From contig NC_092395.1 of the NCBI RefSeq assembly GCF_030028105.1, positions 42,932,459-42,996,458 on the forward strand: a DNA stretch of 64,000 nt. Reading direction: 5' to 3'. The notes under the pieces were generated by a model. That model saw nothing but the letters and a program-made list of their open reading frames with translations, did no database searches and was not told the origin of the DNA. A program made the translations under genes and the position numbers. Numbering within the stretch: position 1 is the stretch's first letter; every line of letters begins with the position of its first letter. Positions 46,725-60,600 of the stretch are shown here, one piece after another. The stretch is from Mobula birostris. Its lineage: Eukaryota.

Positions 46725-48363
46725 ACTGAAAAGCTTGAGCATGTAGATATTTGAAAGAAGATGTGCTGGAGATTTTGGAAAGCATCAAGTTGTGTAAGTC
46801 TACGGGACCGGACTAGATGTGCCCCAGGCAACTGTGGGAGGCGAGGGAAGAGATTGCTGAGCCTCTGGCGATGATCTTTGCATTACCAATGGGGATGGGA
46901 GTGGTTCCGGAGGATTGGAGGGTTGCGGATGTTGCTTCATTATCCAAGAAAGCGAGTATAGATAGCCTAGGAAATTATAGACCAGTGAGTCTTACTTCAG
47001 TGGTTGGTAAATTGATGGAGAAGATCCTGAGATGCAGGACTTATCAACATTTGGAGAGGCATAATATGATTAGGAATAGTCAACATGGCTTTGTGAAAGG
47101 CAGGTCGTGCCTGACAAAGCTGACTGAATTTTTTGAGGATGTGACTAAACACACTGATGAAGGTAGAGCAGTAGATGTAGTGTATATGGATCTTAGCAAG
47201 GCATTTGACAAAGCACCCCATGCCAGGCTTATTGAGGAAAAAGAAGGCATGGGGTCCGAGGGGACATTCCTTTTTGGATCCAGAACTGGTATGCCCGTGG
47301 AAGGCAAAAAGTGGTTGTAGATGGGTCATATTCTGCATGGAGGTCAGTGACAAGTGGTGTGCCTCATCGATGTGTTCTGGGACCCTTACTGTACATGATT
47401 TTTATGAATGATCTGGATGAGGAAGTGGAGGGATGGGTTAGTAAATATGCTGATGACACAAAGGTTGGGGGTTTTGTGCATAGTGTGGTGGGATGTCAGA
47501 AGATACAGTGGGAGATTAATATGATGCAAAGCTGGGCTGAGAAGTGGCAGATGGAGTTCAAATAAGGTAAGTGTGAGGTGATTCATTTTGGTAGGTGAAA
47601 TATGATGGTAGAATGTAGTATTAATAGTAAGACTCTTGGCAGTGTGGAGGATCAGACGGATCTTGATGTCTGAGTCCATAGGGCACTCCAAGCTGCTGCG
47701 TAGGTTGACTCTGTGGTTAAGAAAGCATATAGTGTATTGGCCTTCATCAGTCGTGGGATTAAGTATAAGAGCTGAGAGGTAATGTTGCAGCTCTATAGGA
47801 CCCTGGTCAGACCCCACTTGGAGTACTGTCCTCAGTTCTGTTCGCCTCACTACAGGAAGGATGTGGAAACCAGAGAAGGGTGCAGTGGAGATATGCAAGG
47901 ATGTTGCCTGGATCGGGCAGGATGCCTTATGAGAACAGGTTGAGTGAACTCGGCCTTCTTTCCTTGGAGCGATGGAGGATAAGAGGTGACGTGATAGAGG
48001 TGTGAAGGGTGATGAGAAGCATTGATTGTGTGGATAGTCAGAGGCTTTTTCCCAGAGCTGAAATGGCTAGCATGAGTGAGCACAGTTTAAGGTGCTTGGA
48101 AGTAGGTACAGAGGAGATGTCAAGGGTAAGTCTTTATGCAGTGAGTGCTGAGTGCATGGAATGAGATGCCAGCGATGATGGTGGAGGCGGATATGATAGG
48201 GTCTTTTAAGAGATGCCTTGACAGGTACATGGAGCTCAGAAAAATAGAATGCTATGGGTAACCCTAGGTAAATTCTGAGGTAAGGACATGTTTGGCACAG
48301 TTTTGTGGGCCAAAGGGCTTGTATTGTGCTCTAGGTTTTTCTATGTTTCTATGGTTCTATGAA
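46725..48363 (+). mobile_element. 5'-truncated CR1 insertion specific to duplication copy 2, candidate 5-bp TSD ATGAA
   Basis: RT motifs (GNYRPVSLTSVVGK, VVYMDLSKAFDK, YADDTK) and a TTCTATG tail. ATGAA at 46720-46724 and 48359-48363. Empty site in copy 1 is CTGATGAATGAATTC (~8483-8497). Confidence 0.88.
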
Positions 48364-48399
48364 TGAATTCACAGCATTTTGCTGTAAAGGCTGCTTTTT

Positions 48400-48740
48400 T
48401 GTGGCTCTTTTGAATGACTGCTTACTTTTCTTTCAGTCACATTGTGTAAACTTTCAGAAATGAAAGCCACTTCTAAACATGTCTGCCAGCACTTTACAGG
48501 AGTGATGGTTTGTGAGCTTTTTACATTTCATTACTCATTGATAAATCTGGAAAGCCCCATGCAATTGGAGAAGAACAGATTTAGCCAGCTGAAAGGAAGC
48601 TTCTGAGTACAGTTTTGCATAAATCACCAGGCCAAATAATTGAAGCCAGTGACAACTCTGTTAAAAGATGAATAAATGAAATATCTGAGAATGTGGAGGA
48701 CACAGTGGGCAACAGAATCTGTTCTTCTTGTTTGTCTACT
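48400..48740 (+). mobile_element. hAT transposase fragment orthologous to 8690-9030
   Basis: DKSGKPHAIGEEQI..LSTVLHKSPGQII..DNSVKR. Confidence 0.8.
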
Positions 48741-48744
48741 GCAT

Positions 48745-49310
48745 AGAGCCTTTGTTGAAATGCAAACCCTATTCCTCTAGTTTTGAAATGGACCTGGACC
48801 AACCTTTGATTCATCTGGGAATCCAAGATGGAGTGAATAAGACTGATCACAATGCATAAGTCCTTAGACAACTGAGGCAATAACATATGTAATGTCGTCC
48901 TCACCCTGATGAGGATATTCATTTGTGGTTGCTTTCGACTCTCTGTGGAAGACTCTAAGTATGTGGGCACCAGGTACCACTATCAAAGTTTTCTCTATTC
49001 CTGGTGTTGAGAAGGACAAGTATGGCACCTTTGTCACACAATGTCCCAGTCAGCTGGACGCTCGCTGCAGCCACTTGTAAGGGCTTGGTGGGGAAGGACC
49101 ACAGTGGAGGGTTCTTCCACGAAGGGAAAGGGAGAGACCAGGTTGGTGAAGAAGCTCCAGAATTGTTGCACTCAGTATACCCCCCAGGAAAGGGCATAAG
49201 TGGGAACGGTGTTATTGGCTTGAAGGAATTTAATTGAACACTACTTAACACCTTTTAAAAAAAATGACAAGGCATTGCATGGTTTATTCTTCTGAATATT
49301 TTTATGAATA
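48745..49310 (+). mobile_element. Tx1-clade fragment orthologous to part of 9190-10030
   Basis: Aligns with ~9500-10030 (GGAATCCAAGATGGAG; GTGTTGAGAAGGA). Confidence 0.65.
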
Positions 49311-51129
49311 TAGATGCTACCTGGCCTGCTGAGTTCCTTCAGCAATTTGTGTGTGTTGCTGTCACAATATGTGCTGGCAATGTTGGAACCCAAGTGCAAA
49401 GGAAACACAGAGTCCAATGAAGAGATGACAACCAGAGTTTATTCATAAAAATTCCAACAGAACATCAGTGGCTTGGGCAAGCCGCACCGCGAGATGTAAT
49501 ATTCTCAAAACAAGAACCCCACAACTAGCGCTAATTGGGCCTCTGCTTAAATATTACAAGCAAGATGGAATCCCTGAGCCTTAGCAAGTTTAATCATCAA
49601 ACACCCAGAGACTGCGTTGTAGAGAGTAAGTTGCTCAGAAAGAAAAACACAAGGAACTCATAAATGATTAGCAAGAATTAAGCAATTAAGCTGCTCTTAG
49701 AAACCTCAGAGCCCAACACTCTCCGGCTTGTCAGACAAGCCTGAAGAGCTCATTACAAAGTCATATAATAAGGCTGGTGTTTCAAGTGTAGATTTTTCTT
49801 GTTAATCAAGACAGTCTGATAAAAGAGGATCTGGCAGGGAATCTCAGAGCAATGGGAATGGACACTCCAGGCAATGTGAGACCTCAGGAGCTTTCCTGTT
49901 TTCTGGACAATGATGGGTACAGGAGGTGTTTTCAGCTGGAAGAACAGATCCTCTGGGATTTGGAGCTTGAGCGACAGCAATCCATCCACAAGGCTGAATG
50001 TTTCTTGTGCAGCAGGTTTCAGGAGCTGGTCATCCTGCAGCTAATGTGAGTGCATGAAGCAGGGAGACTGGCAGATCACCAGGCAGACTGAAGTGCAGGC
50101 AGGTGGGTCAGCAGATCCTTGAGGACTTCCTGCTCTCTCACTGTATGATATTCAGTGTACTGATTGATGATAGTCTTCCTCTAAGGACCTAAGCATAACC
50201 AGACAAGTGGGTTCACAGTGCAGGCAGAGGAACAAAAAGAAGAATAGTTCTTAATTTGAAGAGCAGAAAATCCAACTGTATATCAAACAAATAGGCTACC
50301 TAGCCCACGTGCCAACAATGATGTCAAGTTAAACTGAACCAATCTGCTTCCACCAGGTTGATATCCCTGTTATATTCCTTTGGCTGCTGCAGTTTCCTTC
50401 CACGTGTCAAAGGGGTGCAGGTTGGTAGATTAACTAGCTGCTATAAATTGCCCCAGGAGTGTCAGTGAGTGGAAGAATCTGATGTAAATTGAAGAGAATG
50501 TGAAGGGAAGAAAATGTAATTGAATGGGATTAGTGCAGGGTTAGAGCAAATGCAGATTTGATGGACAGTACAGACATGATGGGACGAGGGGTCTGTTTAC
50601 AAACTCTAGGTATGCTGCATATTATACAGTGAATGTGAAGCAAGACTTTGCAAATGCAGTCAGAATTTAAGGAAGCTGTAGGAAGATTAGGAAGCAGGAG
50701 AAGAATGGTGAGAATCTCTGGATTAATTCCCCTTCTTCACTCTGTTGGTGCTGTAAGGTGCAGGTAAATGTTAGCCTGAGGATATAGTGCAGGAGGGCAG
50801 CTGCAGATCCATGGGTGACTGAGATCAGTTCATGGGTGGGTTTGTGTGTGTGTATGGGTGGGGGTGGGGTTGTAGTCAGCTCAGGCCAGACTGTGCGACC
50901 AGAGCTGTGACCAGCATCCTCATAGGATATTTCACTGGAGTAGGAGGGAATGAGAACATGGGAAAGTAGCAGTGTGGAGGATAAAAGCTGGAAAGAGGAA
51001 TAAAGAGAGATAAGTAGTTCCAGAGCAGAAATAAACATTTTTTCACAAAGGTCAAATAATTACAAAATACAAGAAGCTCCACACAAGATTCATAATGTGT
51101 GCAATTTCAAAAAGGTTATTAAACAAGAC

Positions 51130-51500
51130 TGATGAACAGTGTTGGTTGATAATGTTGTGATAACTTCCATCCAGTCAGCTTTGTGGGATCTGATGTGGCA
51201 AATGAGGCTAATGTGAGAACCACAGACTCTTCTGGGGATGAGGAAGGAGGAGGTCGACAGGTGAGGAGTGTGCAGTCTGTGAGAATTTCTGCTCTCTCCA
51301 CTACTGATACAGGAACTCAATATGTTCCTGGTCCAGGGTCTCGAAGTTGTTCCTTCTCAAAACCAAATGCTCCTTTTTGACTTGATTGATTAGAGGCCCT
51401 AGAGTCCAGGAGTCAGTGAGGATATTGCATTTCTTCAAAGGGGCTTTGAGCACATATTTGAATCTTGTTCTCTCTTCTCCTATTAAACACTTCCCATGGC
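51130..51500 (-). repeat. RTE-type LINE 3' fragment
   Basis: RRVCGSHISLICHIRSHK resembles the RTE C-terminal CGS.IGL.SH.R.H motif. Confidence 0.55.
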
Positions 51501-51593
51501 AGAGCTCAGAATATGAGTTATGTTTGAACAGTATGGACTCAAATATCTGAACAACCTGTCCTGTCCAACATACAAAATTCCATGTATCTACGC

Positions 51594-52421
51594 TGTTACG
51601 TACCCCGTAACTGGGTTGCCAAACCAGCAGAACTGGAACGCTTGTTGGAGTCTGGATTACTAGGGACTAATAAAGTTTTATTGAAGAAATAAGTAATACA
51701 GTACACTAATCGTAAGGATATCAATGTAACAGGTTAGCAATGATAATACACACATATACACAGAACTAGGGTAATAGGAATCAACCAAGCTCTATCGCAG
51801 TCTTGGGGTAAAATGATCAGTCTTAAGTGAAGCAGAGTTCAGTTCAGTTTAGTGCAGTTCACAGTAATCGCTGTTGTCGTACCGTTGGAGAGAGAGAGAG
51901 AGAGATGCACTTTGGTTTCAGGCAGACCTTTTGATGTCTTCGCAGTTGGTTTTGGGCAGACCTCTTGATGTTTTCTAATCCCGCTGTGGTCACCGACTGT
52001 GACCCCTCCATTCCGGATACGATCTTTCTTCTGCGGTGAACCCGGCAACCAGGCAAGGGCGGACACACGCCCCAGGTTCCCACCGATCATACCTTTACAC
52101 CCTGTGAGCCTCTAGTCGGTTCCCGCGAACCGGTCCTCCAAGCTCCCACCAACTTGTTGGGCCACACGGCTCTTTCCAGGGTCTCGTGGTGTGTGTCGTG
52201 CCTTAGCAAACCTGCTCCTTTTATCCCCCTGCTGGGGTATCACCTGTCCATCAAACTTCAGACAGTTCAGGTTCAAAGCAACCAGTCTGTCAATAGCTGA
52301 ATTGTGTTTCTTTCCCGTTAATTCCTCTCTTCTCTCTTATTAGCATTTTGAATGTTTCTCCATTGTCTTTCTTATCTCTCTCATTAGCATCATCCATCCG
52401 GTAGCTCCGCTGGGCGTCACA
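51594..52421. mobile_element. Probable solo LTR (~830 bp)
   Basis: TGTTACG...CGTCACA termini. No clean TSD found and no internal coding sequence. Confidence 0.6.
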
Positions 52422-54734
52422 TATGACAATGCACTTAGAACTGCTCATGTTGCCCTGGGCCCCTGAAAGTTCTTCACTTGTGTGGAGATTCTGTTGGTGG
52501 TACTTTACAGTCCTTGAGATGCCTTCTGTAAGTAAGGTAGAGCTCAGGTGTATCTGAAAAGACAGGGATCTGTGTTGTCTGGTGAACTGTGAGTTACATG
52601 ACAGCTGAGTGTAAAGTTCATTCTGTTGTGTTCCTCAACAAGAGGGTGAACAATGCTTTGGAGCACTGCCTGTGTGCAGGTATAAATGCTCGAATCACTG
52701 GTACAAAGCAGACTGGCTACTGAGGTTTGGGAATCTTTGCTCTTAGTGCAGATATGCTGGTTGAAGAGTTTCCTGTTAGTTCTGGGGATCATCTGCACTC
52801 CCTGTAGAATGTTCTTGGAGGTGATATGCAACAAAGGAGCAAGGCAGTTTGAAAAAAGTGTTCAGGAATGTCTGCATGTTCATTTGACACCAGTCTTTAC
52901 AATGAATAATTCTATTGCTGAACTTTACTAGAGCAAATGTAAGGTAGAACTGAATTACATTGGGAACCAAATTTGGGAAGGATGTTCTAAAAATTGAGGG
53001 AGTCAAATGAGTTTTTGCAGAGTGAAGAGAATGCCCCTTGTTCCTGTGGATGAATAAATTTCACACTTTGATTCAGGGAGCAGCTCTATGGTCACTGACG
53101 AAGATGATTGAAGAAGATTCTGTCATTGACACTCCCAGTGGTGGAGAGATAGGAGACCCCTCTGTAGTTGCCACAGTTGGACTTGCTTCTGCCACAATCT
53201 ATGTCTGTGACCATTTTCAAGTTTTGATTAATGAGAATTTTGTAGTGCAGGTGCAAAGGAGTGCAGAATCTGTTTGCTTATCAAAATTTATATGGGATCT
53301 TGATCTGTTGGCTAAGTGGGCCTAGGAATGGCAAATGGTGTTCAATCCAGATAAGAACAAGGTGTTTGTTGTTTGCTATCAGCCATGTTGTATGAAGTGG
53401 GTGATCATTGTCTTTCCATGACCATGATTGTTCTTGGCAAATTGTCTACAGAATCCATTGGGTTGTCATTGCCTTCTTCAAGACAGTGTCTTTACAAGAC
53501 AGGTGACTCCAGCCATTATTAATATGCTTCAGAGATTATCTGCCAGGCGTTGGTGTTGTTGTGATATGCACCAGCTGCGCATATTACCATCCATCACCTG
53601 ATCCCATGGCTTCTCGTGACCCTTAGCATGGGTCATGGGGGTCTTGGAGGGGCGCTGGGTCAAAGCAGGTCTTACACCATGCCCAATGGTGACCTGAAGG
53701 CAAGCAGAGGGAAGGATCACCTTGCATCTCCTTTGGAAGAGAGTTATCAGGGCATAGTCAGCATGGATCTATTTGTGGGAAAGTGTGTCTCGATAACTGA
53801 TTGAATTGTGAGGAAAACCGAGAGATTGGATCAACTGAGTTTTACTTCCCGTGAACTTGCAAAGCCCATGGTATGAGTTGATAGGAGTATATGCAATTAT
53901 GAGGAAGAGAGTGGGTAGATATTCAGGATATTTTCCCAGTGGAGGAAGAGACTTTAACTGGTGAGGTAGGACATATAAAGGAATCCTGAGGGGAAATTTT
54001 CCACTGAAAGAATGGTGGGAATCTGAAAGGTGACTCATGAGGAGATGGGAGAGGCACATTGTCTCAACAGGCACTTGAATTGCAGAGAAGATTACAAGCC
54101 AAATGCAGACAAGTGGGGCTAAAACGAATAACTACAATGTTTGGCATGGTGGTGCTGGGCTGAAGGGCCTGTTCCTGTTCTGTATAACTCTGTGACTCAT
54201 CATAGCCTTTAGTTCAAACACTGACCAAAGAGCTGAATTCCAGAGGTGAGGTGCAACTGACTGCCCTTGTTATCAAGGCAAAATTTGACAAACTGTAACA
54301 TCAAGGAGTCACTCTGAAGTCAATCGGTATCACAAGGAAAACACAGTAAGGACTGGAATTATAATGCACACAAAGGCAATTTATGGTTGTTATATGACAA
54401 TCTTTCCATTCCCAGGATGTCATTGCAGGGGTTTCTCATGAATTACACTCAACACAACTATGTTTAGATGCTTCATCTTGATGACCTTCCTTCCATTGTT
54501 AGAAAAGAAGCAGGAATGAGGATTGATGTTTGCAACTCATCCGCTAATCCACCGGTTCATAACTACATGCAGCAAGTCCTGGACAACATTCCAGAATGGA
54601 GTCATAAGGACCAAGTAATGTTCACATGACAAATATGCCAGACAAGGGTCATGTCCAAGAAGAGTGTGTCAAGTTATCTCCCCATGGCATTGAATGCCAT
54701 GATCATCACAATACTTTTCCACCATTTCTAACAT

Positions 54735-54870
54735 CTAAGAGAAAATCTGCAGACGCTGAAAATTTGACCATCACACAGAAAACGCTGGAGGAACTCGGCA
54801 GGTCTGGCAGCATCTATGCAAAGAAGTACAGTCATCATTTCAGGCCGAAACCCTTCAGCAGGACTCACAC
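54735..54870 (-). repeat. Penelope-derived short repeat arm with hammerhead remnant
   Basis: Minus strand 54865-54830 reads AGTC-CTGCTGA-AGGGTTTCGGCCT-GAAA-TGAT-GACT. Confidence 0.75.
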
Positions 54871-55949
54871 AGGACTTCCCGTAAAAAATGTAGAGTTTCA
54901 GAAACATCAGCAGGACTTTCAAAGGCCTCATTCCTGGGAAATGAGGGATCTTCATGTATGAGCTTCACCTGGAGGGAACTTGAAAGACTGGCCCAGGACC
55001 GAGGACTCTAGTCTGCGGCCTGTGCAACCCAATTGTGATATGTTTAAATAAACAAACATCAATATTTATTCTACACACCATTGGTAAAATGCCCTGCTGT
55101 TACTTCCCTTGGTTACTCTAAGACCACCTTCCAAAACTTTGAGCTGTATTACCAAGTACACAAGGGCAAAATGAGCAGGAAATGCTACCTGTAAGTTCAC
55201 TGCCAAGTCACAACCTATCCTATCTTGGAAATAACTAGATAGTAGATAAAGATATCTCACCTTGGACCTGAGAAAATTTCTACTAATGTACTGCATTTGG
55301 GAGTATTCCGAATGTTTAATCTTTGAGAAAATGTTACAGAATGCTTTGAGTTCAAAAGAGTTTTGTGTTATGTGTGGCCACATGTGAGTTCACTTGGGTT
55401 AGATCTATCTCTATTACACAGATGTTAGTGCAGGGAGATTCAATTGTAATATTGAGAGAGAGCCAGATACATATCTGAAACTGCAGGGTTGTGGATAGAG
55501 GGCTGGGGCATGTAATATTTTTAATATTGAGCTGGTCGGAGGTGAACAGGCCAAATGGCTTCACTTTCTCAGGTAACCATTCTGTTTCACTATTATCCAG
55601 TCGCTTATGATGACCTGTGAGTCTGAGGCAGTGAATTTAGCGCTGGTGCATCCCAAGTAAAACCTTCTTGTTTTTGTGCAGTTAACAAGATTGATAATTG
55701 TCTGATATTTCCCTGTTTCTTCACTTGTTTCTGTACTGCCTGGTCACTGACATGAAATGACAGCATTCAACTCCAATATTGTGCAACTCCCTTTGTAACT
55801 GTGGTTACATCTGGAGATAATATTGTCCAGAAGATTCTTCGGGAGGCAAAAGAAGTAGCCAGTATTATGGTTACAACTCTTTTATCAGATGTTCAGCATG
55901 GAAGAGGCACAAAAAAGCCAGAAGATAAAGAACACAATAATAAACAGAA

Positions 55950-57420
55950 ACACAATAAATGTAAATACATAACATTGCTTATACACATAGATTGATAGTG
56001 TGTTCATAAACTGACACGAGGCACAGGAGTGTTTGCCCATAAGGTGACTCTGACAGGAAATGATAAAATAGTGATGGTGGAGGTGTGGGTTAGTGCGTAG
56101 AGGTGTTGGTCATCCTTACTGCTTGGGAATATAACTAATTTTGGTTCTGGTGGTCCTGGCCTGGATGCTACACAGCTTCCTCCCTGATGGGAGTGGGACA
56201 AGCAGTCAAGGAGCAGGATTGGTGGGTCCTTCATGATGTTTTTGGCCCTTTCCCAGTACGTTTCTGTATGTCTGTCCTTGATGGCACGTAGGCAAGTGCC
56301 AATGACTTTGTATTGAACTTCCTGACCACCATAGTGCAGTTCTTTTACCATTCAGTGATTAACCTTGTTCGGATACTCTCTACTGTGCATCTGCAAAAGG
56401 ACATGAGTAAAGATGTGCATAGTCCAGCTCCCTTCAGCCTCCTCATAAAGTAGAGAAGTTGGTGACCTTTCCTGATTGTGTGAATTGGGTTTGGGAGCCA
56501 TGTAAGATTAAGCATAATATTCCCTCTCAGGAGTTTGAAACTGGTCAAAGTTTTCATTGAGGTGCGGTCAATGTTTTGTGAGTGGTTTGAGTTAGATCTC
56601 CTGAAGTCAGTAACAATTTCTTTTGCCTTGTTAACATTGAGGAAGAAGTTATTTGCCTGGCACAGGCGTCGAACTTTTCCACTCTCTGTCTGCAGGCTGC
56701 CTCATCATTGTTTGTGATGAGCCTCACCACTGTTGTGTCATCGGTGAACTTGACAATGTGATTGCTTGGGTGTTTGCCTGTACAGTGATGTGTGAGCAGA
56801 GTGTGCAGCAGTGGGCTCAGCACCCAGCCCTGTGGGGAGGGGGGCACCTGTGTTGAGGATGATGGACAGGGAGGAGTGATTGTGCATCCTGACTATTTGA
56901 GGTCTGTTTGTTGGGAAGTCAAATGCCCAGTTAGATACTGGTGCATTTAGACTGAGGAGTAGGAGTTTGTTCACCAGTACCTGTGGGACAATAGTGTTGC
57001 TGCTGAACTGAAATCCAGAAACAGCATTCTGACACAATGATCTAGTTTTTGAGGTGTACCAGGGCCAGGAGCATGACAGATGTTACTGCATCTGTCGTGG
57101 AGTGGTTCTGCCAGTAAGCATATTGGTGAGTGTCCAGTCTGGCAGCAATGGAGATTTTGATGTGTGCCATTACCAGCTGTTCAAAACACTTCATGATAAT
57201 TGGTGTCATTGCCACCGGGTGGTAATTGTTTAGTGTGAAGGTGTAGAGTTCTTTGGAACAGCAATGATGATGGCTGATCTGAAGCATGTGGGGACAGCAG
57301 CCTGGATGAATGAAGAGTTGAAGATGTCTGTGAGGCGTCAGTGATCAGGTGTGTCCATTTCCTGAGTGCTCAGCCTGGCATGTTGTCTGGTCCAGCTGCC
57401 TTATGGAGCTTGACTCTTTG
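55950..57420 (-). mobile_element. Rex1/Babar-type LINE RT fragment orthologous to 14100-15650
   Basis: NYHPVAMTPIIMKCFEQLV, QFSSNTIVPQVLVNKL, PQGWVLSPLLHTL..KFTDDTTVVRLI. Confidence 0.88.
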
Positions 57421-57611
57421 CAGAGTCCTTGTGATTATACAAACATAAAAGCAAGTGTAAGAAAACTAGAAAAAGAAAATGAAACCCTGCTGGTTTGCTT
57501 CGCAGCGTAGGTCGAGGGAAAGCACACTCCGGTCCCGCCAAACCCGTGAGATTGAGACAACTCTCCCATCCCCATCCCTGGTTTGTGTGGATGCTGTGTA
57601 ATTTGCAACCC

Positions 57612-60600
57612 AATTACAATGCAGTGCCAAGAAACAACAGAGAGCACACTGTGTACGATTAAAGGAATTACATTTACGAATCTTAACTAAAGGGTTAGGA
57701 AAGAAAAGAAAGAAAAAGCAAAAAGATCTCAGTATAATTAAACAGTCAAATGTGCACAGTTGGAGCTCAATTCACCGATCCTCAGTCAATATTGCTGCCT
57801 GGCTCAACTGAATCATGATCTCCCCATCCGGTCATATCCTTTCAACCGGTTCTCTCCAGCATCTTCTCTCTTCATCTCACACCGAACAAAAGACCCAGCT
57901 CACATTCCAAAGCATCCGCTATCTCGAGCCATAACCCAAACACTGCTTTTACAGAAAAACCATTAAGTTAGCAGTGAAACATTTACCAGGGTGTTACACT
58001 CTCTCCCCACCAAAATTAGTCCTGTCCTCATGACATTGAGATAATTTGTTACCCCTTCATACAAAGCACGAAGTCCAACCCAGGTGTAAATGGCAGGCTG
58101 ACTCATAGCTCACCAAGGTGCCACACTCTGTTCCCTGGGTGTGACATAGGTCAGTCTGTCTGGGGTGGTCTCCTGACTCTTTGAACCTCCTTACCCCATC
58201 ATCATCTTCAGCTTCAGACACTCCTTGAGTTCCTTCATGTCTACCTAGGCAGGCTTCTGCCTGTCCAGTACTTGTGCCTCCTGACAACTCAGACCCCTCG
58301 TCACTTGGCTGAGCAACCCTCATACCCAGTTACTTTAGAGTCCAGCCTCCCATTATTTTCTAACCGCAAATCTGCCTGTCCAGTGCGAGTTCCCCTATTT
58401 CACTTGCCTCAACATGAGAAGACACAATAGACAATAGACAAAAGACAATAGAGAATAGGTGCAGGAGTAGGACATTTGGCCCTTCGAGCCAGCACTGCCA
58501 TTCACTGTGATCATGAGTGATCATCCACTATCAGTATCCACTTGGCCTCCACAGCCTTCTGGGGCAGAGCATTCCATAGATCCACCACTCTTTGGGTGAA
58601 AAAGTTTTTCTTCAACTCCGTTCTAAATGGCCTACCCCTAATTCTTAAACTGTGGCCTCTGGTTCTGGACTCACCCATCAGTGGGAACATGCTCCCTGCC
58701 TGCAGCGTGTCCAATCCGTTAATAATCTTATATGTTTCAATAAGATCCACTCTCAGCCTTCTAAATTCCAGAGTATACAAGCCCAGTCACTCCAATCTTT
58801 CGACATATGAGAGTCCCGCCATCCTGGGAATTAACCTTGTGAACCTACGCTGCACTCCCTCAATAGCAAGAATATTCTTCCTCAAATTTGGAGACCAAAA
58901 CTGCACACAGTACTCCAGGTGTGGTCTCACCAGGGCCCTGTACAGTTGCAGAAGGACTTCTTTGCTCTTATACTCATTTCCTCTTGTTATGAAGGCCAGC
59001 ATGCCATTAGCTTTTTTCACTACCTGCTGTACTTGCATGCTTGCCTTCAGTGACTGATGTACAAGAACACCTAGATCTCGCTGTGCTTCCCCTTTTCCTA
59101 ACTTGACTCCATTTAGATAATAATCTGCCTTCTTGTTCTTACCACCAAAGTGGATAACCTCACATTTATCCACATTAAACTGCATCTGCCATGCATCTGC
59201 CCAGTCACCCAGCCTGTCCAAGTCACCCTGCATTCTCATAACATCCTCCTCACATTTCACACTTCCTCCCAGCTTTGTGACATTGGCAAATTTGCTAATG
59301 TTACTTTTAATTCCCTCATCTAAATCATTAATATATATTGTAAACAGCTGTGGTCCAAGCACTGAACCCTGCAGCACCCCACTGGTCACTGCCTGCCATT
59401 CCGAAAGGGACCCGTTAATCGCCACTCTTTGTTTTCTGTCAGCCAGCCAATTTTCAATCCATGTCAGTACTCTGCCCCCAATACAATGTGCCCTAATTTT
59501 GCCCACTAATCTCTTATGTGGGACTTTATCAAAGGCTTTCTGAAAGTCCAGGTACACTACATCCACTGGCTCTCCCTTGTCCATTTTCATAGTTACATCC
59601 TCAAAATCTTCCAGAAGATTTGTCAAGCACGATTTCCCCTTCATAAATCCATGCTGACTTGGACCAATCCTGTTACTGCTATCCAGATGTGTCATAATTT
59701 CATCTTTTATAATTGACTCCAGCATCTTTCCCACCACCAACAACAGGTTAACCGGTCTATAATTCCCTGTTTTCTCTCTTCCTCCCTTCTTGAAGAGAGG
59801 GAGAACATTAGCCACCCTCCAAGTTGGGAATCTCTTCATCAATTATTGGGGAGTTTGCGAAGGGCAGCTTATACCACACCCCCATTTCCTCATCCTCCGA
59901 GTTTGTAACATATTCAGGGTTGGGGTCCAGTCTAATCCTTCCCACTGCTGGGTCTTCAGTTCACTCACGTCACCGCAGAGTTCTCTTACTAAGTGTAAGG
60001 TCCATTCAGGCTCTGGGTCAACACGTACCTCTTGTGCCAGAGGTGGAAGGTGGTTCCAGTGGAGAATCTTGGCAGGCCCATTCCATCCTTTGGTTTCTCC
60101 TGGAAAATGGTTATGTTTGGCCTCTGACTCTCCGCTACATAGAGCGTAGCAGTTAGCTATCTTATGTTTCCCAGGTAGCCCCCAATTCTTCATGAGGACT
60201 CTGTCTCCAGGCATTGGCTGGAAGAACCTAACCCTTTTATCATACCTCCTCTTATTTCCTTGATCCTGCTTGGTAGCTGAGTCCTCAGCGAGTTCAAAAG
60301 CCTTTTTCAGCTCCCTCCTCATTATCGGACACATATTTCAGATAAGTCTTCTATTTACATTCTTCCCCACCAGTCCCAAAACAGAGATCAAAAGGCAACC
60401 TCACTTTGCTCCCAAGCATCAGATAATATGGTGACTACCCGGTAGCTTCAATCTACCATCTGTGTACAATTATAGCAGTGGACCAGATGTCCAATATGTT
60501 GACTACAGCTGTTCTTTTTACTGACCTCCAAGGTTCCGAGCATGTCTAGCAAGGGCTGATTGAAACTGTTGGTCTGGGGATCACCTTGCAGGTGATAAGG

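Noticed and set aside
58424-58458. Short tandem repeats (ACAATAG)n, also (TTCTATGT)n at ~40880 and ~48340, as possible arrays
   Set aside because: These are CR1 3' tails. There is no repeat-spacer structure, and this is a eukaryotic context with no CRISPR.
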